A stretch of 52,129 bases of DNA from an uncultured Thiotrichaceae bacterium. Lineage in GTDB: Bacteria > Pseudomonadota > Gammaproteobacteria > SZUA-229. The stretch's first letter is position 1. Every line of letters begins with the position of its first letter. The position numbers and the translations under genes were made by a program. This document shows, piece by piece, positions 39,263 to 47,601 of the stretch. The stretch lies in assembly GCA_964522445.1 (NCBI GenBank), contig CAZFUY010000005.1, positions 1-52,129 on the forward strand, given 5' to 3'. Under the pieces are notes generated by a model, which ran no database searches, was not told the DNA's origin, and saw only the letters and a list, made by a program, of their open reading frames with translations.

Positions 39263-40339
39263 GTGAAGGAAATTAAAGTTGCTGATTTCAAAGCAGTACC
39301 CAATACCATGAAAATACGGATCTTAGTTTTAATAATTGTTGCTCTTCTTCTTTTTTCTGAAGTTTTTTTACGACTTTTCATTAGCCAGCCTTCAACGCAA
39401 CAATTTGATGATGAATTAGGTTATACCAATATCCCTGGAAGTCAGATGATCGAAAGTCAGGAAGGCTATGGTTTTATTACTTTTAATTCATTGGGTTTTA
39501 ACGATTATGACCCAAATAATCATTTCTCCAGAAAGATTTTTATTATAGGTGACTCCTATACCGAGGCACTTCAGCTGGATAATGAATTTTCTTATACAAC
39601 TTTACTGGAAAAGCATCTTGAATCACAAAAAATTGACATTATAAAACTTGCCCGAGATTCATTTGTTCCGCTACATTATCCAATAGTTTCTAATCGTTAT
39701 TTTAATAAGTATCAACCCGAGCTAACTATTATTCAATTTGGATCACATACATTAAGCGATCTATATGGTGACAATATTACTATAAAATATACTGCTGATA
39801 ATAAAATTGAAAGTTATACTTTGCATATATCTGATGGTGATAGGAAAAAAGAAGCTATTCGTGGAATTATTAATAACTCAGCTTTAGCTTATTATTTGCT
39901 AAGGCGATATAAGTATCTAATTATTAACACACTTGATCGTTTTGAACAGCTCTTCTCATCAAGCACAAGCATCAAATCGAATAAAGAGTCACATAAAGAG
40001 CAAAGAAGCAGGGATGATTACGTTAATAGACTTGTTTATGTATTAAAACGCATAAAAGGAAAAGTGCTTGTTCTTTATCTTCCTGATCCAGGCATTTTGC
40101 TTGGTTCTGATAAAGAAAATACAGAAATTAGAAAGGTAATTGAATCAGCTGCAAGCATTGCTGGAACAGGTTTTATTGATTTATCTGATGATATAAAACG
40201 GGATTTTATAAAAAACAACCATATTTTAAATGGTTTTTCAAATAGTAAACCTGGAGCAGGACATCTTAATAAATATGGTCACAGTGTTGTTGCAAATAGC
40301 CTTCTGATCAAGTTAAAAAGCAATGGATACCTAAATTAA
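39263..40339 (+). CDS. Membrane-anchored SGNH-fold protein (AlgJ-like), copy 2
   Basis: N-terminal TM, FNSLGFND, IGDSYTE, GHLNKYGH; start could be ATG 39308. Confidence 0.75.
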   Translation: MKEIKVADFKAVPNTMKIRILVLIIVALLLFSEVFLRLFISQPSTQQFDDELGYTNIPGSQMIESQEGYGFITFNSLGFNDYDPNNHFSRKIFIIGDSYTEALQLDNEFSYTTLLEKHLESQKIDIIKLARDSFVPLHYPIVSNRYFNKYQPELTIIQFGSHTLSDLYGDNITIKYTADNKIESYTLHISDGDRKKEAIRGIINNSALAYYLLRRYKYLIINTLDRFEQLFSSSTSIKSNKESHKEQRSRDDYVNRLVYVLKRIKGKVLVLYLPDPGILLGSDKENTEIRKVIESAASIAGTGFIDLSDDIKRDFIKNNHILNGFSNSKPGAGHLNKYGHSVVANSLLIKLKSNGYLN

Positions 40340-40341
40340 TC

Positions 40342-41781
40342 ATGATTTTCTCTAGTATTGATTTCGTTATATTTTTTATTGTTGTATTGGCTCTTTTAAA
40401 AATTCTTGAGAATAGAGATGAGTCTAGCAAGAAGATACTATTGTTAGTATCAAGCTATTTCTTTTATGGTTATTGGGATTGGCGTTTTTTATCATTAATT
40501 TTTCTGAATACATTCATTAGCTATATTACCGGAAAACTAATTGAGAAAAATAGAGGGAATCATAAAGCGAAAAAACAATTCTTAGCTATAAGTGTAGTCT
40601 CCAGCCTGGGTATTCTGGCAATTTTTAAATATTATAATTTTTTTATTGATTCTTTAAATACTGTTTTTTCTTTAGAATCATCACCTTTATCTTCAATGAA
40701 TATTATTCTTCCTCTTGGGATTTCTTTTTATACTTTTCAGACATTAAGCTATACAATTGATATTTATAGAGACAAGATTAAGTCATCAGGCCCATTGGAT
40801 TTTTCTTTATTTGTTGTTTTCTTCCCGCAGCTAGTAGCAGGACCAATTGTTAGAGCTGCAGAATTCTTGCCCCAGTTAAATAATAAAATAAAACTAACTT
40901 TTAATAACTTTAAGCTTGGTATTGTTTTGTTTATTATAGGGTTTGCTAAAAAAAGTTTACTTGCAGATAGCCTTTCGATTTATGTAGATAATGTTTTTAC
41001 AAGACCTGAAATATTTGATTCTCTAACGCTTATGTTTGCAACCATGGCATATTCATTACAGATTTATTTTGATTTTTCTGGGTATTCTGATATGGCTATT
41101 GGCATTGGTTTAATAATAGGTTTCCACTTTCCTAAAAACTTTAGCTATCCCTATAAAGCAAGAAATATTACAGAATTCTGGCGACGATGGCATTTGACTT
41201 TATCTCGCTGGCTTCGAGATTATCTATATATTTCTTTAGGTGGAAATCGTAAGGGAAAATATAGAACCTATTTTAATTTATTTGCGACGATGACTTTAGG
41301 TGGTTTATGGCATGGAGCTAGTATGAACTTTGTTATTTGGGGGATGCTGCATGGTATAGCACTGGCTACACACAAAATATTTCATACTATAAGAAAGGTA
41401 AATATTAATGATTTTCCAGAGCAGGCTTTTACACATAAAAATGCAACAATATTTATTTATCAATTTTTATCAATATCAGTAACATATATTTTTGTTTGTA
41501 TAACATGGATTTTATTTAGAGCAAATACTTTTGATGATACTTATACTATATTTCATCAGATATTAACAAATGGAATTGGTATTCGCTGGGTTCATATTAG
41601 TTTTTATTTTATTGTTCCACTGTTTTTAATCTGGCAGCTCGTGCCTCACAATGAGCAAATAAGAAAGCAGGTATTTACATTAGAAAATTACAGAGGCTTT
41701 ACTGCGTGTGCAGCACTTGTTTTGATGATTGTACTGTTTAGTCCAACAGGGTTATCTCCCTTTATATATTTTCAGTTCTAA
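40342..41781 (+). CDS. MBOAT O-acyltransferase (AlgI/PatA-like), copy 2
   Basis: LPLGISFYTFQ, FFPQLVAGPIVR, DFSGYSDMA, FWRRWH, GLWHGA, ends PFIYFQF. Confidence 0.93.
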   Translation: MIFSSIDFVIFFIVVLALLKILENRDESSKKILLLVSSYFFYGYWDWRFLSLIFLNTFISYITGKLIEKNRGNHKAKKQFLAISVVSSLGILAIFKYYNFFIDSLNTVFSLESSPLSSMNIILPLGISFYTFQTLSYTIDIYRDKIKSSGPLDFSLFVVFFPQLVAGPIVRAAEFLPQLNNKIKLTFNNFKLGIVLFIIGFAKKSLLADSLSIYVDNVFTRPEIFDSLTLMFATMAYSLQIYFDFSGYSDMAIGIGLIIGFHFPKNFSYPYKARNITEFWRRWHLTLSRWLRDYLYISLGGNRKGKYRTYFNLFATMTLGGLWHGASMNFVIWGMLHGIALATHKIFHTIRKVNINDFPEQAFTHKNATIFIYQFLSISVTYIFVCITWILFRANTFDDTYTIFHQILTNGIGIRWVHISFYFIVPLFLIWQLVPHNEQIRKQVFTLENYRGFTACAALVLMIVLFSPTGLSPFIYFQF

Positions 41782-41782
41782 C

Positions 41783-41815
41783 AAATAAAGTAAGTCATCC
41801 ATGACTTTTTTATTT
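41783..41815. terminator. probable bidirectional terminator between convergent genes
   Basis: AAATAAAG-T-AAGTCA-TCCA-TGACTT-TTTTATTT hairpin with A/T tails. Confidence 0.55.
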
Positions 41816-41816
41816 A

Positions 41817-43391
41817 CTAATTATTTTTAGTAATAGTTACATTTTGAGGCACAGGAATAATAACGCTACCAATATTACCTGGTACATTATTGCCAAGAGC
41901 TTCCCAGATATGATTTGTTAATGTTTGACCACTAGCAGCAAAGCCTCGATTAGCAGGACTACTTGCAGGTAAATTTCTGGCGCCAGAGAAATCATCATGA
42001 ATTCTTGCCTCATAAGGCCATGGCCACAAGGCATCTGTTGTTACTGTGTTATAGCCAGTATCACCCCATAATGTACCACTTACACCAATTTTATTTGTAA
42101 TATTAGCTCCAACGCGACCACCACCTTCACCTGCTGTTATTAGATTTGAGCCATCTTCAATACGAGGCGGGTATAATAGACCATTAGTTGTCGGGTTATA
42201 AGTTGTTGTACCTGTAGATGAACAATTTGTAGCACCTGTGTTATAGCAATTATTGTATGAGTCCGTTACTGTGCCTCCATTGCCACTACTGGTAGCAAAA
42301 TCCACGTTATATATAATAGAGTCTTTTATATCAATTATACTATTTACACCACCCCATATTGCTGCTGCATAACCCTGATTACCAATGGTCATGTTTCTGG
42401 CATAAGTGCTTTTGAATGAGCCATTACTGTGTGCAAAAGCACCACCACCACCCGCATTAGTACCACCATTGCTCCACCAGACAACAACATCCTGGAAATT
42501 AATATTTTCTATATTTCCATAGCCGCCATGATCAAACGCATTGCCTTCTACATTTAATGCAATAGTTCCTCTTATATAATTGTCTCGGCATGTAGCATTT
42601 GCGGCTGTATTGTTAGCAAGAGTAAACGCGCCGACCCATTCAGAGCCACCGTTTGATGGATTTTCAGCACCATCAAGAATAATTACATTTTGTAATTCTA
42701 CATCATTGGAGTTATAAATAGTTCCTGATCCTTCTGGGTCAGTTTTACCTGTATTTGACCAGCCATGATCATGTCTTATAACTACTCGACGAATAATTAC
42801 TTTATTAGATCCATAAATAGATAAATTAATTCTGCCACCACTGCCATAAAACCAGCTATCTTCAATTAGAACATACGATGAATTACCACCAATTACAAAA
42901 ATTGTTTCATTGCCTGATGCCGCACCGCCTTCAAAAGCACTCTTTAATATTTTTATATGATGAGATCCGCCTCCAAGGCCAACGCTTTGGTCTGGCACTA
43001 TTGTAGCGCCTTCAAAAATAAATTTTATACCTTCAATTTGAAGATAACTTTCATTATTTATTCTTAAATAATCATTCTGACCATTACCAAAATCAAAAAT
43101 AGCGCCACCATCATTTTCAGCTTTGATAATATTGTAATTACCAGCTGTACCACTAACAAAAGAATTCATATCGTCATTGGCTTTATCATAGGTGCCATTT
43201 CTCAGGATCAAGGTGTCTCCACCAGAGGCTGACATACGAGCAATTCCCTGATTAACGTTATTATATGGGTTAGCTGATGAGCCATCGCCATTACTGACAT
43301 TAGGGTCGACATAATATGTTGCAGCTAAAGCATTGCCTGGAATAAAAATTAAAGTACTAATTATCAATAATGTATTGCGTAGATGTTTCAT
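41817..43391 (-). CDS. Secreted right-handed beta-helix protein (pectin-lyase-like fold) with a C-terminal PxPxNxT tail
   Basis: Sec signal ending NALA/ATYYVD, GDGSSANPY, GGDTLILRNGTY, Gly/Asn-rich repeats; paralog of 46039-47556. Confidence 0.75.
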   Translation of the reverse strand: MKHLRNTLLIISTLIFIPGNALAATYYVDPNVSNGDGSSANPYNNVNQGIARMSASGGDTLILRNGTYDKANDDMNSFVSGTAGNYNIIKAENDGGAIFDFGNGQNDYLRINNESYLQIEGIKFIFEGATIVPDQSVGLGGGSHHIKILKSAFEGGAASGNETIFVIGGNSSYVLIEDSWFYGSGGRINLSIYGSNKVIIRRVVIRHDHGWSNTGKTDPEGSGTIYNSNDVELQNVIILDGAENPSNGGSEWVGAFTLANNTAANATCRDNYIRGTIALNVEGNAFDHGGYGNIENINFQDVVVWWSNGGTNAGGGGAFAHSNGSFKSTYARNMTIGNQGYAAAIWGGVNSIIDIKDSIIYNVDFATSSGNGGTVTDSYNNCYNTGATNCSSTGTTTYNPTTNGLLYPPRIEDGSNLITAGEGGGRVGANITNKIGVSGTLWGDTGYNTVTTDALWPWPYEARIHDDFSGARNLPASSPANRGFAASGQTLTNHIWEALGNNVPGNIGSVIIPVPQNVTITKNN

Positions 43392-43408
43392 TGTTATGTC
43401 CTGAATTT

Positions 43409-43828
43409 TTACTCGATTAATATAGAGACTGTTTCTGAAAGTTGAGATTCTTCTAAGTTGTTTAAAGACGCTACCGCAAAGTTATAAGTGGTACATTTTT
43501 GAAGGCCATAGCTACTTGGAGTAAATGGCCAGCTATTTTCTGCTGCAGTGCCGCTAACGCTAAAATCACCCGCAGAATTTTGTTTTGTAATAAGAGTATT
43601 GCTGCCAAAATAAACTTTAAATCCATCAATTAGCCCAGAATTATCAGTAATTTGATTCCAGCTTATTGTATAAGTTTCTGTTGCAGTACCAGAGCCTGTA
43701 CAGCCCTGTGCAGCAGCTGTAGCTGAGTTTTCTGATGCAGAACCTGAGCAGGCAGATAAAAAAACAAATGATATAATCAGAGTAAGTGCTCTAACAGAAT
43801 AAGTTAAAATATATTTTGGGAAATACAT
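43409..43828 (-). CDS. Lipoprotein with a single FN3-like domain
   Basis: Lipobox FLSAC; YTISW, GFKVYF, YNFAVAS, ESQLSE are FN3 strands B, C, F, G; start set at ATG 43828 (GGAG RBS). Confidence 0.75.
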   Translation of the reverse strand: MYFPKYILTYSVRALTLIISFVFLSACSGSASENSATAAAQGCTGSGTATETYTISWNQITDNSGLIDGFKVYFGSNTLITKQNSAGDFSVSGTAAENSWPFTPSSYGLQKCTTYNFAVASLNNLEESQLSETVSILIE

Positions 43829-43898
43829 TGTATAAAGCTCCAAATCCATAATTTATGCCAGGCTCACTACTTGTGTCGATGCACTTGACAAGATCACC

Positions 43899-45794
43899 TT
43901 ATTCTATAGCTGTAGCTATAGAATTTGACAAGCCCGATTCCCCTTTAATTGTACCATATGCCGAAACTGCGATATGAACGGTCACGCAGCCCTGAAAGCC
44001 TAAAGCAGCGGGGTTAAAGTTCCAGCTAGTGCTGTTTCCCATGTCCTCAAATGCAGCATTTCCTTTAGTTAACGGTGTAGATGTGCCGTAGTACACTCTA
44101 TACCCACCCAGATCACTGTGAGTTACTGCATCCCAGGCAACTGTATAAGTTGCTGTAGGGCTGCCGCAAGTTGTAAATGACCATGTGTAGGTAGGCAAAG
44201 GGTTGCCTGCTGTATCAGTGACACCATTAAGAGTAGCTGTATAATTTGTTGCATTTCCCGCTAATTGGCCAGATGGAGTAAATATGGCTCGGGTATTATT
44301 ACTTGCCATGCTCAGAGAGCCTGTTAAGCCATTATTCAGGGTAAATGAAGAACTTGTTATAGTTGTGGGGTCTATTGCTTCATTAAAATCAGCTGTAATT
44401 TGTGTCAGACTGGCACTTACATTTGTAGCCTGGTTCTGCGGATTAGTTGAACTAACCGAAGGAGGGGTGGTATCAGTTGGATTAGCAGTGGTAAAACTCA
44501 TTGAATAATTAGACAGGGTGTTTCCAGAACTATCTGTAGCTCCAGAAATTGTGATGGTATAGCTTGTTTGTGATTCTAAGTTATTACTGGGATTAAATCT
44601 AAGCTGATTGCCGCCGACAACAGTAAGACTACCTGTAACAGCTGGGTTTATAGAGAATCCACTTGTTAAAGATCCTGAGTTCATAGTTTCATTAAAATTA
44701 ATGGCAATATTAGTTGAAATATCTACATCTGTAACATTGTTTGCAGGTGCTGAAGATAATACAAGTGGCGCACTTTCATCAGCTGTTATAAATGATGATG
44801 TATACGTAGTAAGTACATTTCCAGAAAGGTCTGTAGCTCCAGAAAGGGTAACTGTATAATTTGTTTGTTCATTAAAATTACTTGAAGGGGTAAATACAAA
44901 TCGGGTATTTGATGTCATTGATCCGTTTCCATTAACGGATGGCTGGATTGAGAAACCACTGGTTACACTGCCTGCATTCATGGCTTCATCAAAGTTAATT
45001 ACAATTTGAGAAGTATCTGTTGGAATGCTGCTCGTATTATTAGCGGGTGATGATGATGTAACAGAAGGAGCAGTTAAGTCCTGACTAGCTCTGGTTGTAA
45101 TACTTAAAGTGTACGCATCCATTATATTCCCGGCCTGATCTCGTAATCCACTTAGTGTCAAGGTATAAGCAGTATTAGAAGCAAGGTTTGAATCTGGCAG
45201 GAATCTAATAGTCTGACTGGATATGTAGGTAAGCGCGCCATCGATTGTGGGGCTAGTAGTAATATTGCTACTAGAAATAAAATTAGTATCCATGTTTTCA
45301 GAAAAAACAAAATAAAATGAATTAATATTAGTGGCTATATTTATAGAGTTATTGCCTGGTAACACATTAGACAGGGATGGTGCTGTTGCATCTGTTTCTG
45401 TATCAAAACTCCAGCTATATGTATCAAGGGTGTTTCCATTTACATCTTTTATGCCACTTAAGGAAGCCTCATAGGTCATATTATTTGCTAAAGGAGTCTG
45501 CAAACTAAAGAAAACTTTATTCTCAGAGGGGAGTAATGATTTATCAATAATGTAATTAATGCCAGGGGTAATAGTTAAATTTTGCTCGTTAACTGAGTCA
45601 GGATCAACTGCCTGATCAAATGTAATTTCAATTCTTTGCAGGTTTGTCACAACTGATTTTTGATTGTTAGAGGGTGTGCTAGTTAGTTTAACTGAATTAT
45701 TATCAGTAGTTTCTCCGGCTGAGCCAGCACAAGCTGCTAAACTTAATAACATAATGCCAATATAAACACCGCGAATTAGCGTGGTAAAATTCAT
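43899..45794 (-). CDS. Lipoprotein with five Big_5/SbsA-type Ig-like repeats and a C-terminal FN3-like domain
   Basis: Lipobox LAAC; five ~100-aa repeats (D.TAP.V....P.N...F.E.M.....YT.TLSG..D..GN.L..Y..SFTT); C-terminal YTVAW..GGYRVYYG..ESGLSN. Confidence 0.85.
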   Translation of the reverse strand: MNFTTLIRGVYIGIMLLSLAACAGSAGETTDNNSVKLTSTPSNNQKSVVTNLQRIEITFDQAVDPDSVNEQNLTITPGINYIIDKSLLPSENKVFFSLQTPLANNMTYEASLSGIKDVNGNTLDTYSWSFDTETDATAPSLSNVLPGNNSINIATNINSFYFVFSENMDTNFISSSNITTSPTIDGALTYISSQTIRFLPDSNLASNTAYTLTLSGLRDQAGNIMDAYTLSITTRASQDLTAPSVTSSSPANNTSSIPTDTSQIVINFDEAMNAGSVTSGFSIQPSVNGNGSMTSNTRFVFTPSSNFNEQTNYTVTLSGATDLSGNVLTTYTSSFITADESAPLVLSSAPANNVTDVDISTNIAINFNETMNSGSLTSGFSINPAVTGSLTVVGGNQLRFNPSNNLESQTSYTITISGATDSSGNTLSNYSMSFTTANPTDTTPPSVSSTNPQNQATNVSASLTQITADFNEAIDPTTITSSSFTLNNGLTGSLSMASNNTRAIFTPSGQLAGNATNYTATLNGVTDTAGNPLPTYTWSFTTCGSPTATYTVAWDAVTHSDLGGYRVYYGTSTPLTKGNAAFEDMGNSTSWNFNPAALGFQGCVTVHIAVSAYGTIKGESGLSNSIATAIE

Positions 45795-45854
45795 CAAAAA
45801 AAATCCTTGAAGCTTTTGCTTCAGTTAAATTACAGTCTCTTTTTTATTATTTAG

Positions 45855-45870
45855 TGTACCGGCAGGTACA
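45855..45870. promoter_or_regulatory. palindrome TGTACC-GGCA-GGTACA
   Basis: Perfect 6-bp arms, TGT-N10-ACA geometry, in the divergent intergenic region. Confidence 0.4.
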
Positions 45871-45980
45871 AGATATTCATCTTCAGATGTGTCATATTCT
45901 TTGAGAGATTATGGTTTTGAATCTAGTAAATATCTGTGCGGAAGTTCAAACTTTACTACTTTGTTTGGGGGATGCTATTT

Positions 45981-45996
45981 TGTGATAGAATTCACA
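45981..45996. promoter_or_regulatory. CRP/Vfr-family binding site
   Basis: TGTGA-TAGAAT-TCACA is a perfect TGTGA-N6-TCACA core; a weaker TGTGC-N6-TCAAA lies at 45935-45950. Confidence 0.65.
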
Positions 45997-46038
45997 CTAT
46001 TTTACAGGTCTTATAAATGACTGTTATTGGATGAATAA

Positions 46039-47556
46039 ATGAAAAACCTTTATGTGTTATTTCTTCTTCTCAGTGTTGTATCTTGTACGCACAATATTTC
46101 TGCCAAAACATATTATGTTGATGCAAATGTAAGTAATGGCAATGGTTCTTCAGAGGCTCCATACAACAATATCACAGATGGTATAGATGAAATGTCACCA
46201 TCTGGTGGAGACACTTTAATTATACGACCAGGAATATATAGTAAATCTAATGACAGTATGAGTTCATTTGTAAATGGTACTCCTGGTAACTACAACATTA
46301 TTAAAGCAGAGACTGATGGTACTGTTGTTATTAGTACCAAAGAAAATTTCCTGGTAAATAGAGGGCAAAACTATCTTCAATTTGAAGGGTTAAAATTTAT
46401 TACTGTTGGAACGAACTTTGAAAAAGCTATTAATGGTGCTCACCATATTAAAGTCCTTCGATGTGCATTTGAAGGAGGACCAGAAAGGGGTAATGCTAAT
46501 AATTTTGCTATAGGTGGTTATTCTAAATATATCCTTATAGAAGATAGCTGGTTCTATGGAAATGGTGGAAGGGAAAATCTTGTGATATTTACTTCTTCAA
46601 AGGTAATTATTCGCAGGGTAGTTTTAAGACATGATCATGGTTGGGTAATACAGCACGGAGATAAGAGTGAACCAGAAGGTGTTGGTACTATTTACAATTC
46701 CAATGAGGTTGAATTACAAAACGTAATAATTATAGATAGTTTAAGCAATCCTCATAATACAAGAATGGGAAGTGAGTGGGTAGGCGCATTTACTTTAGCT
46801 AATAATGCTAATAAGGGAGCATCCTGTAAAAATAATAATATTACAGGTGTCATTGCATTAAATGTAGAAGGCAATGGCTTTGATCATGGTGGCTATGGAA
46901 AAATTGAGAATATTAATTTTCAGGATGTAATTGTCTGGTGGAGTAAAGCAGGACGCAATAAAGGTGGTGGATTAGCTCATAGCAATAGATCATTTAAAAG
47001 CACAACTGCAAATAATATAACTATTGGTAATCAAACCTATGGTGCAGCTATATGGGGAGGAGTAAATAGTAAAATAAATTTAACAAACTCAATAATCTAT
47101 AATGTATCTTTTTCTTTTGGATCAAATGAACCTTCTCAGGGAGTTATTGATAACTCTTATAACAACTGTTATCGACATGATAAAAACTTTTGTTCAATGA
47201 AAGGAAAAAGTTCATTTAACCCCCTAAAAAATGGCTTAAAATACCTGCCTCGTATAGAGGCTAATTCAAAGTTACTACAGGCAGGAAAAAATAAAAGTAG
47301 AGCAGGTGCAATTATTACAAACAAAATAGGTGTTAGTGGGACTTTATGGGGTGAGCCTGGTTATAAAATAGTGACTAAAGAACCTTTATGGCCATGGCCA
47401 AACGAGAACAGAATTCATAAAGATATGTCAAATGCCAGTAATTTACTTAAAACAAGTCCAGCTAATCGTGGGTTTGCAGCTAAAAATCAGACCTTAACAA
47501 ACTATATTTGGTCTGCATTAGGTAATGAATTGCCTGGTAGTTTTAAAAGAAAATAG
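46039..47556 (+). CDS. Right-handed beta-helix protein, probable lipoprotein; paralog of 41817-43391
   Basis: MKNLYVLFLLLSVVSC (possible lipobox) then TYYVD, GGDTLIIRPG.Y; shares long motifs with its paralog (SEWVGAFTLANN, ALNVEGN.FDHGGYG, IGVSGTLWG, LWPWP). Confidence 0.75.
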   Translation: MKNLYVLFLLLSVVSCTHNISAKTYYVDANVSNGNGSSEAPYNNITDGIDEMSPSGGDTLIIRPGIYSKSNDSMSSFVNGTPGNYNIIKAETDGTVVISTKENFLVNRGQNYLQFEGLKFITVGTNFEKAINGAHHIKVLRCAFEGGPERGNANNFAIGGYSKYILIEDSWFYGNGGRENLVIFTSSKVIIRRVVLRHDHGWVIQHGDKSEPEGVGTIYNSNEVELQNVIIIDSLSNPHNTRMGSEWVGAFTLANNANKGASCKNNNITGVIALNVEGNGFDHGGYGKIENINFQDVIVWWSKAGRNKGGGLAHSNRSFKSTTANNITIGNQTYGAAIWGGVNSKINLTNSIIYNVSFSFGSNEPSQGVIDNSYNNCYRHDKNFCSMKGKSSFNPLKNGLKYLPRIEANSKLLQAGKNKSRAGAIITNKIGVSGTLWGEPGYKIVTKEPLWPWPNENRIHKDMSNASNLLKTSPANRGFAAKNQTLTNYIWSALGNELPGSFKRK

Positions 47557-47601
47557 TCAGGCAATATAAACAGTACCAGAATTAAGACTCATAAAAAAAT
47601 A

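Noticed and set aside
41829-41885. PEP-CTERM signal in the VPGN/PVPQ tail
   Set aside because: No VPEP, no hydrophobic TM segment and no basic cluster follow.
44170-45700. Tandem DNA repeat or CRISPR-like array
   Set aside because: The repetition is diverged protein-level Ig domains; no exact periodic DNA repeats or spacers were seen anywhere in the window.
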